Shown piece by piece: positions 1-7,290 of a stretch of DNA of 7,290 nt (its first letter is position 1; each line of letters starts with the position of its first letter). The DNA is taken from the IMG/VR virus record IMGVR_UViG_2695420523_000003; one strand, given 5' to 3'. The DNA is from a virus (Duplodnaviria; Heunggongvirae; Uroviricota; Caudoviricetes). The notes below the pieces were generated by a model. That model ran no database searches and was not told the DNA's origin. It saw only the letters and a program-made list of their open reading frames with translations. The position numbers and the translations under genes are program-made.

Positions 1-23
1 ATCTGTGCGGCGATGTTTTTCAT
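1..23 (-). CDS. P: Replication protein P (DnaB helicase loader), N-terminal 7 codons only; gene continues beyond the window start
   Basis: Reverse complement of 1-23 reads ATG AAA AAC ATC GCC GCA CAG = MKNIAAQ, the remembered lambda P N-terminus. The ATG (21-23) overlaps the O stop codon (20-22) in an ATGA arrangement, as in lambda. Too short to judge on its own. Confidence 0.5.
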
Positions 24-919
24 AGATCCACCCCGTAAATCCAGTCTGTGTTTGTCAGGTCGAGTTTTGGTTTGCTGGCTGTCACGGCTGCCTGTTGCTT
101 GTTACGGTTGATTTCGAGCTGGGTCCACTTGTCGCGGAGTTTGGCCGGGCTAAGCACGTTACCGGACCAGAAGTTGTCCTGGCATGCCCAGCGGAACAGT
201 ACACACATGTCGCGATGGTTGCGTCCGTCACGTTCACGCATCAGGCGGATATCGTTAGCCCACCCAGCAAAATTCGGTTTTCTGGCTGATGGTGCGATAG
301 TCTTCACCATGTCAAACATCCACTCTGCGGCGGTCAGGTCTTCTGCTGTCCCCCACTTGCTGCCGCTCTGAATTGCAGCATCCGGTTTAACCACAGAAAG
401 ATCGTTTTCTGGCTGGTCAGAGGATTCGCCAGAATTCTCGGACGAATAATCTTTTCTTTTTTCTTTTGTAATAGTGTCTTTTGTGTCCCCCTGTTTTGAG
501 GGATAGCAATCCCCCAATTTGAGGGATGTTTTATCCCTCGTTTTAGGGGATTTTCCCTCGTTTTGAGGGATACACCATTCTGAGATGTTTTTATTTGGTC
601 CAAACATGCCGCATTGTTGCTTGATAATATTCATTCTGACGAGTTCTAACTTGGCTTCATTGCACCGTTTGACGGGTAACTTTGTAATCTCGCTAAGTTG
701 AGAATCGGTGATTCTGTCCATTGGTTTATTCCACCCATAGGTTTTACGCAGAATGGCAAGCAGCACTTTAAACTGTCGCTTGGTCAGATCTGCGCCTGAA
801 TAAGCCTCAAGCAGCATATTTGATAGTCTGGCGTAACCATCATCGAGATCTGCCACATTACGCTCCTGTTTGGCAAAGTTACCTCTGCAGAAGTTGAGTA
901 TTTTTGCTGTATTTGTCAT
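20..919 (-). CDS. O: Replication initiator protein O (299 aa)
   Basis: Full ORF in the supplied track. The translation MTNTAKILNF...TDWIYGVDL matches my memory of lambda O along its length with a few substitutions. The ori iterons lie inside the coding sequence, as expected. Confidence 0.95.
   Translation of the reverse strand: MTNTAKILNFCRGNFAKQERNVADLDDGYARLSNMLLEAYSGADLTKRQFKVLLAILRKTYGWNKPMDRITDSQLSEITKLPVKRCNEAKLELVRMNIIKQQCGMFGPNKNISEWCIPQNEGKSPKTRDKTSLKLGDCYPSKQGDTKDTITKEKRKDYSSENSGESSDQPENDLSVVKPDAAIQSGSKWGTAEDLTAAEWMFDMVKTIAPSARKPNFAGWANDIRLMRERDGRNHRDMCVLFRWACQDNFWSGNVLSPAKLRDKWTQLEINRNKQQAAVTASKPKLDLTNTDWIYGVDL
440..575. other. Lambda-type origin of replication (ori): AT-rich block plus four O-binding iterons, inside the O gene
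   Basis: The AT-rich stretch aataatcttttcttttttcttttgtaatagtgtcttttgtg (about 445-485) is followed by four ~19-bp imperfect repeats of the tccc(c/t)c..ttt(t/g)..gagggat type. Confidence 0.85.
486..572. repeat. ori iterons, four copies (O-protein binding sites)
   Basis: Seen directly: tccccctgttttgagggat (486-504), aatcccccaatttgagggat (508-527), atccctcgttttaggggat (533-551), ttccctcgttttgagggata (553-572). Each is an internally palindromic repeat. Confidence 0.85.
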
Positions 920-929
920 AATGACTCCT

Positions 930-1006
930 GTGGATTGATCCAGTAATGACCTCAGAACTCCATCTGGATTTGTTCAGAACGCTCGGTTGCCGCCGGGCGT
1001 TTTTTA
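930..1006 (+). ncRNA. oop: OOP antisense RNA (about 77 nt), overlapping the 3' end of cII and ending in an intrinsic terminator
   Basis: The + strand sequence ...gatccagtaatgacctcagaactccatctggatttgttcagaacgctcggttgccgccgggcgttttttatt closely matches my memory of lambda OOP RNA. A GC-rich hairpin (gccgccgggcg region) plus T-run lies at 989-1006. The 5' end is approximate. Confidence 0.55.
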
Positions 1007-1245
1007 TTGGTGAGAATCGCAGCAACTTGTCGCGCCAATCGAGCCATGTCGTCGTCAACGACACCCCATTCAAGAACAGCAAGCAGCATTGAGAACTTTG
1101 GAATCCAGTCTCTCTTCCACCTGCTGATCTGCGACTTATCAACTCCCACAGCTTCCGCTGTCTTCTCAGTTCCAAGCATTGCGATTTTGTTAAGCAACGC
1201 ACTCTCGATTCGTAGAGCCTCGTTGCGTTTGTTTGCACGAACCAT
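952..1245 (-). CDS. cII: Transcriptional activator CII (97 aa)
   Basis: The translation MVRANKRNEALRIESALLNKIAMLGTEKTAEAVGVDKSQISRWKRDWIPKFSMLLAVLEWGVVDDDMARLARQVAAILTNKKRPAATERSEQIQMEF matches lambda CII as I remember it. The true start is the ATG at 1245 (cat at 1243-1245), with an AAGGAAAT Shine-Dalgarno just upstream; the track ORF begins further upstream at 1305. Confidence 0.95.
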   Translation of the reverse strand: MVRANKRNEALRIESALLNKIAMLGTEKTAEAVGVDKSQISRWKRDWIPKFSMLLAVLEWGVVDDDMARLARQVAAILTNKKRPAATERSEQIQMEF

Positions 1246-1260
1246 ATGTAAGTATTTCCT
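1223..1260 (+). promoter_or_regulatory. pRE-like promoter: CII-binding TTGC-N6-TTGC direct repeat inside the 5' end of cII, with a downstream -10 region
   Basis: ttgc at 1223-1226 and ttgc at 1233-1236 on the + strand are separated by 6 bp, the arrangement established for lambda pRE. The promoter would fire rightward here, antisense to cro and towards cI. Confidence 0.5.
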
Positions 1261-1280
1261 TAGATAACAATTAATTGAAT

Positions 1281-1356
1281 GTATGCAAATAAATGCATAC
1301 ACCATAGGTGTGGTTTAATTGGATGCCCTTTTTCAGGGCGGGGATGTGTAAGAACG
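1281..1356 (-). promoter_or_regulatory. nutR (boxA + boxB) and tR1-region hairpin between cro and cII
   Basis: On the - strand, boxB is GCCCTGAAAAAGGGC (+ strand gccctttttcagggc, 1325-1339), preceded by a boxA-like CGTTCTTACA (+ strand 1347-1356). A palindrome gtatgca-aataaa-tgcatac at 1281-1300 sits in the position of lambda tR1. tR1 is rho-dependent, so it cannot be confirmed from sequence alone. Confidence 0.6.
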
Positions 1357-1364
1357 GGAATGTC

Positions 1365-2717
<1,353 letters not shown>

Positions 2718-2767
2718 TCCCCACCTCAATCTCAATAACCAAAAAACAAACTATTTTCCGTTTAAAA

Positions 2768-2845
2768 ACAATGGAGTTTGTTTTGCACACCTCTTTTTAC
2801 AATATTTCTTGTTTACAATATACAATCTTTCTTGTAATTTTAAAC
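2768..2845 (+). promoter_or_regulatory. 434-type left operator OL3-OL2-OL1 with pL promoter (transcription towards N)
   Basis: Three 434-family 14-mers: acaatggagtttgt (2768-2781), acaatatttcttgt (2799-2812) and acaatctttcttgt (2822-2835). Candidate -35/-10 hexamers tttaca (2812-2817) and taattt (2835-2840) have a 17-bp spacing. The exact promoter assignment is tentative. Confidence 0.75.
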
Positions 2846-2879
2846 CATCAGCAGGACGCACTGACCACCATGAAGGTGA

Positions 2880-2910
2880 TGCTCTTAAAAATTAAGCCCT
2901 GAAAAAGGGC
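2880..2910 (+). promoter_or_regulatory. nutL N-utilisation site (boxA-like tgctcttaa + boxB hairpin gccctgaaaaagggc)
   Basis: boxB at 2896-2910 is a perfect 5-bp stem with an A-rich pentaloop. It is preceded by a boxA-like sequence, downstream of pL and upstream of N, as in lambda. Confidence 0.75.
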
Positions 2911-3068
2911 AGCATTCAAAGCAGAAGGCTTTGGGGTGTATGATACGAAACGAAGCATTGGCCGGAAGTGCGATTCCGGATTAGCTGCCAATGTGCCAAT
3001 CGCGGGGTGTTTTCGTTCAGGACTACAACTGCCACACACCACCAAAGCTAACTGACAGGAGAATCCAG

Positions 3069-3966
<898 letters not shown>

Positions 3967-4089
3967 TTAAAAGACAGGCATACTAATAAACACTGCACTG
4001 TGTATTTATTCCAACGAGTGAATACACGGAGCAATGTCGCTCGTAACTAAACAGGAGCCGACTTGTTCTGATTATTGGAAATCTTCTTT

Positions 4090-4117
4090 GCCCTCCAGTG
4101 TGAGGGCGATTTTTTAT
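4090..4117 (+). terminator. Intrinsic terminator-like hairpin plus T-run upstream of ea10
   Basis: gccctc (4090-4095), loop cagtgt, gagggc (4102-4107), followed by gatttttt on the + strand. The T-tract is on one side only, so it is unidirectional for pL-direction transcripts. Confidence 0.5.
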
Positions 4118-4135
4118 CTATGAGGATATGAATAG

Positions 4136-4504
4136 ATGTCAAACATCAAAAAATACATCATTGATTACGACTGGAAAGCATCAATAGAAATTGAAATCGA
4201 CCATGACGTAATGACAGAGGAAAAACTTCACCAGATTAATAATTTCTGGTCAGACTCTGAATACCGACTCAATAAACACGGCTCTGTATTAAATGCTGTA
4301 TTAATCATGCTGGCGCAACATGCTCTGCTTATAGCAATTTCAAGCGACTTAAATGCATATGGTGTTATGTGTGAGTTCGACTGGAATGATGGAAATGGTC
4401 AGGAAGGATGGCCTCCAATGGATGGTAGCGAAGGAATAAGAATTACCGATATCGATACATCAGGAATATTTGATTCAGATGATATGACTATCAAAGCCGC
4501 CTGA
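4136..4504 (+). CDS. ea10: Ea10-like early protein (122 aa), acidic C-terminus
   Basis: A 122-aa ORF in the position and of the size of lambda ea10 (between ral/sieB and cIII). The sequence MSNIKKYIIDYDWKAS... agrees with my recollection of lambda Ea10. A GAGGA Shine-Dalgarno lies upstream. Confidence 0.75.
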   Translation: MSNIKKYIIDYDWKASIEIEIDHDVMTEEKLHQINNFWSDSEYRLNKHGSVLNAVLIMLAQHALLIAISSDLNAYGVMCEFDWNDGNGQEGWPPMDGSEGIRITDIDTSGIFDSDDMTIKAA

Positions 4505-4528
4505 GCGCGGCGTTACCGCATACCAATA

Positions 4529-4550
4529 ACGCTTCACTCGAGGCGTTTTT
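4529..4550 (+). terminator. Intrinsic terminator-like hairpin between ea10 and cIII
   Basis: acgcttc (4529-4535), loop actc, gaggcgt (4540-4546, one G-U wobble), then ttttt (4546-4550). Confidence 0.4.
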
Positions 4551-4576
4551 CGTTATGTATAAATAAGGAGCACACC

Positions 4577-4741
4577 ATGCAATATGCCATTGCAGGGTGG
4601 CCTGTTGCTGGCTGCCCTTCCGAATCTTTACTTGAACGAATCACCCGTAAATTACGTAGCGGATGGAAACGCCTTATCGACATACTTAATCAGCCAGGAG
4701 TCCCCAAAAATGGATCAAACACTTATGGCTATCCAGACTAA
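4577..4741 (+). CDS. cIII: CIII (54 aa), FtsH inhibitor that stabilises CII
   Basis: Absent from the supplied track (below the length cutoff). I translated it by hand: atg caa tat gcc att gca ggg tgg... gives [54 protein letters not shown], matching lambda CIII. An AAGGAG Shine-Dalgarno lies 7 nt upstream. Confidence 0.9.
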   Translation: MQYAIAGWPVAGCPSESLLERITRKLRSGWKRLIDILNQPGVPKNGSNTYGYPD

Positions 4742-4853
4742 ATTCACTATCGCCACTTTTATTGGCGATGAAAAGATGTTTCGTGAGGCCGTCGACGCTT
4801 ATAAAAAATGGATATTAATACTGAAACTGAGATCAAGCAAAAGCATTCACTAA
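4710..4853 (+). CDS. kil: Kil (47 aa), host-killing / cell-division inhibitor
   Basis: [47 protein letters not shown] matches lambda Kil. It overlaps the 3' end of cIII by 32 nt, as in lambda. The track ORF (4584..4853) is an upstream extension in the same frame. Confidence 0.85.
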   Translation: MDQTLMAIQTKFTIATFIGDEKMFREAVDAYKKWILILKLRSSKSIH

Positions 4854-5224
4854 CCCCCTTTCCTGTTTTCCTAATCAGCCCGGCATTTCGCGGGCGATAT
4901 TTTCACAGCTATTTCAGGAGTTCGGCCATGAACGCTTATTACATTCAGGATCGTCTTGAGGCTCAGAGCTGGGCGCGTCACTACCAGCAGATAGCCCGTG
5001 AAGAGAAAGAGGCAGAACTGGCAGACGACATGGAAAAAGGCCTGCCCCAGCACCTGTTTGAATCGCTATGCATCGATCATTTGCAACGCCACGGGGCCAG
5101 CAAAAAAGCCATTACCCGTGCGTTTGATGACGATGTTGAGTTTCAGGAACGCATGGCAGAACACATCCGGTACATGGTTGAAACTATTGCCCGCCACCAG
5201 GTTGATATTGATTCAGAGGTATAA
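4808..5224 (+). CDS. gam: Gam (138 aa), RecBCD inhibitor
   Basis: [53 protein letters not shown]... matches lambda Gam, including the internal Met of the short form (MNAYYIQ). Confidence 0.95.
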   Translation: MDINTETEIKQKHSLTPFPVFLISPAFRGRYFHSYFRSSAMNAYYIQDRLEAQSWARHYQQIAREEKEAELADDMEKGLPQHLFESLCIDHLQRHGASKKAITRAFDDDVEFQERMAEHIRYMVETIARHQVDIDSEV

Positions 5225-5229
5225 AACGG

Positions 5230-6015
5230 ATGAGTACAGCACTCGCAACGCTGGCAGGGAAGCTGGCTGAACGTGTCGGCATGGATTCTGTCGACCCACA
5301 GGAACTGATCACCACTCTTCGCCAGACGGCATTTAAAGGTGATGCCAGCGATGCGCAGTTCATCGCATTGTTGATCGTTGCCAACCAGTACGGCCTTAAT
5401 CCGTGGACGAAAGAAATTTACGCCTTTCCTGATAAGCAGAATGGCATCGTTCCGGTGGTGGGCGTTGATGGCTGGTCCCGCATCATCAATGAAAACCAGC
5501 AGTTTGATGGCATGGACTTTGAGCAGGACAATGAATCCTGTACATGCCGGATTTACCGCAAGGACCGTAATCATCCGATCTGCGTTACCGAGTGGATGGA
5601 TGAATGCCGCCGCGAACCATTCAAAACCAGCGAAGGCAGAGAAATTACGGGGCCGTGGCAGTCGCATCCCAAACGGATGTTACGGCATAAAGCCATGATT
5701 CAGTGTGCCCGGCTGGCCTTCGGATTTGCGGGTATCTATGACAAGGATGAAGCCGAGCGCATTGTCGAAAATACCGCATACACTGCAGAACGTCAGCCGG
5801 AACGCGACATCACTCCGGTTAACGATGAAACCATGCAGGAGATTAACACTCTGCTGATTGCCCTGGACAAAACATGGGATGACGACTTATTGCCGCTCTG
5901 TTCCCAGATATTTCGCCGCGACATTCGCGCATCGTCGGAACTGACACAGGCCGAAGCAGTGAAAGCTCTTGGATTCCTGAAACAGAAAGCCTCTGAACAG
6001 AAGGTGGCTGCATGA
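5230..6015 (+). CDS. bet: Bet / Red-beta single-strand annealing recombinase (261 aa)
   Basis: [59 protein letters not shown]... matches lambda Bet. The stop overlaps the exo start (ATGA). Confidence 0.95.
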   Translation: MSTALATLAGKLAERVGMDSVDPQELITTLRQTAFKGDASDAQFIALLIVANQYGLNPWTKEIYAFPDKQNGIVPVVGVDGWSRIINENQQFDGMDFEQDNESCTCRIYRKDRNHPICVTEWMDECRREPFKTSEGREITGPWQSHPKRMLRHKAMIQCARLAFGFAGIYDKDEAERIVENTAYTAERQPERDITPVNDETMQEINTLLIALDKTWDDDLLPLCSQIFRRDIRASSELTQAEAVKALGFLKQKASEQKVAA

Positions 6016-6692
6016 CACCGGACATTATCCTGCAGCGTACCGGGATCGACGTGAGAGCTGTCGAACAGGGGGATCATGCGTGGCACAAATTACGGCTCGG
6101 CGTCATCACCGCTTCAGAAGTTCACAATGTGATAGCAAAACCCCGCTCCGGAAAGAAATGGCCTGACATGAAAATGTCCTACTTCCACACCCTGCTTGCC
6201 GAGGTTTGCACCGGTGTGGCTCCGGAAGTTAACGCTAAGGCGCTGGCCTGGGGAAAACAGTACGAGAACGACGCCAGAGCCCTCTTTGAGTTCACTTCCG
6301 GCGTGAATGTTACTGAATCCCCGATCATCTATCGCGACGAAAGTATGCGCACCGCCTGCTCTCCCGATGGTTTATGCAGTGACGGCAATGGCCTTGAGCT
6401 GAAATGCCCGTTTACCTCCCGGGATTTCATGAAGTTCCGGCTCGGTGGTTTCGAGGCCATAAAGTCGGCTTACATGGCCCAGGTGCAGTACAGCATGTGG
6501 GTGACGCGAAAAGATGCCTGGTACTTTTCCAACTATGACCCGCGTATGAAGCGTGAAGGCCTGCATTATGTCGTGGTTGAGCGGGATGAAAAGTACATGG
6601 CGAGTTTTGACGAGATGGTGCCGGAGTTCATCGAAAAAATGGACGAGGCACTGGCTGAAATTGGTTTTGTATTTGGGGAGCAATGGCGATGA
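6012..6692 (+). CDS. exo: Exo / lambda exonuclease, Red-alpha (226 aa)
   Basis: [68 protein letters not shown]... matches lambda Exo. Confidence 0.95.
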   Translation: MTPDIILQRTGIDVRAVEQGDHAWHKLRLGVITASEVHNVIAKPRSGKKWPDMKMSYFHTLLAEVCTGVAPEVNAKALAWGKQYENDARALFEFTSGVNVTESPIIYRDESMRTACSPDGLCSDGNGLELKCPFTSRDFMKFRLGGFEAIKSAYMAQVQYSMWVTRKDAWYFSNYDPRMKREGLHYVVVERDEKYMASFDEMVPEFIEKMDEALAEIGFVFGEQWR

Positions 6693-6871
6693 AGCATCCT
6701 CACGATAATATCCGCGTAGGCACGATCACTTTCGTCTACTCCGTTACAAAGCGAGGCTGGGTATTTCCCGGCCTTTCTGTTATCCGAAATCCCCTGAATG
6801 CACAGCGGCTGGCTGAGGAGATAAATAATAAACGGGGGGCTGTATGCACAAAGCATCTCCCGTTGAGTTAA
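6683..6871 (+). CDS. Small hypothetical protein (about 60-62 aa) immediately downstream of exo, in the position of lambda orf63
   Basis: The ORF starts at ATG 6683 or at ATG 6689, which overlaps the exo stop (ATGA). The assignment to lambda orf63 rests on position and size only. Confidence 0.5.
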   Translation: MAMKHPHDNIRVGTITFVYSVTKRGWVFPGLSVIRNPLNAQRLAEEINNKRGAVCTKHLPLS

Positions 6872-7035
6872 GAACGAGTATCGAGATGGCACATAGCCTC
6901 GCTCAAATTGGAGTCAGGTTTGTGCCAATACCAGTAGAAACAGACGAAGAATTTCATACGTTAGCCGCATCCCTTTCACAAAAGCTGGAAATGATGGTGG
7001 CGAAAGCAGAAGCAGATGAGAGAGACCCGGTATGA
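6844..7035 (+). CDS. Small hypothetical protein (63 aa), in the position of lambda orf61
   Basis: The ATG at 6844 is preceded by a G-rich Shine-Dalgarno (cggggggctgt). Acidic C-terminus. The stop overlaps the next ATG (ATGA at 7032-7035). Confidence 0.5.
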   Translation: MHKASPVELRTSIEMAHSLAQIGVRFVPIPVETDEEFHTLAASLSQKLEMMVAKAEADERDPV

Positions 7036-7111
7036 CAACCACGGAATGCATTTTTCTGGCTGCGGGCTTCATATTCTGTGTGCTTATGCTTGCCGACATG
7101 GGACTTGTTCA

Positions 7112-7115
<4 letters not shown>
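7032..7115 (+). CDS. Possible 27-aa hydrophobic micropeptide (MTTTECIFLAAGFIFCVLMLADMGLVQ), translationally coupled on both sides
   Basis: Hand-translated. The start ATG overlaps the upstream stop (ATGA) and its own stop overlaps the next ATG (ATGA at 7112-7115). The core AAGFIFCVLML is long enough for one transmembrane helix. Short ORF, so low confidence. Confidence 0.3.

Positions 7116-7290
<175 letters not shown>

Noticed and set aside
48-371. Plus-strand ORFs 48..371 (107 aa) and 95..289 (64 aa) inside O
   Set aside because: They lie entirely antisense within the well-supported O gene, have no recognisable start context and do not resemble any protein I know. Most likely chance open frames.
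486-572. Possible CRISPR-like or transposon terminal repeats in the iteron block
   Set aside because: The repeats are about 19 bp, contiguous, internally palindromic and lie next to an AT-rich block inside the O gene. That is the signature of ori-lambda iterons, not a CRISPR array (no spacers of regular length) or IS ends.
879-1305. Track ORFs 879..1238 (-), 1007..1267 (+) and the N-terminal extension of 952..1305 (-)
   Set aside because: They overlap cII out of frame or antisense. The true cII start is the ATG at 1245 with a good Shine-Dalgarno; the extra 20 N-terminal codons in the track ORF run into the nutR/tR1 region.
4871-6086. Assorted ORFs antisense or out of frame within gam, bet and exo (4871..5053, 4998..5270, 5143..5667, 5184..5384, 5378..5698, 5793..6086, 5843..6025)
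   Set aside because: All are embedded in the confidently identified gam, bet and exo genes. They are expected by-products of GC-richer coding sequence.
6372-7099. Minus-strand ORFs 6372..6683, 6566..6892 and 6914..7099
   Set aside because: Antisense to exo and to the coupled plus-strand small ORFs, with no start signals. The plus-strand ATGA coupling pattern is the more parsimonious reading.

Overview
This window is the early/immunity region of a lambdoid phage or prophage, in reverse orientation to the conventional lambda map. Order (left to right): 5' tip of P (-), O with ori iterons (-), OOP antisense RNA (+), cII (-), nutR/tR1, 434-type cro (-), three 434-type OR operators, 434-type cI (+), an unrecognised signal-peptide ORF directly after cI (+), three 434-type OL operators/pL, nutL, N (+), an unrecognised 164-aa ORF convergent with N (-), ea10, cIII, kil, gam, bet, exo (all +), then three or four short translationally coupled ORFs. 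The backbone is lambda-like and the immunity module is 434-like, so the architecture resembles a lambda imm434-type mosaic. Two slots that hold lysogen-expressed exclusion genes in lambda (rexAB next to cI; sieB/ral between N and ea10) each carry a single ORF I do not recognise. These are the best candidates for an undescribed superinfection-exclusion, abortive-infection or counter-defence function. All gene calls rest on recognising the translated ORFs and DNA motifs from memory; no database search was run.
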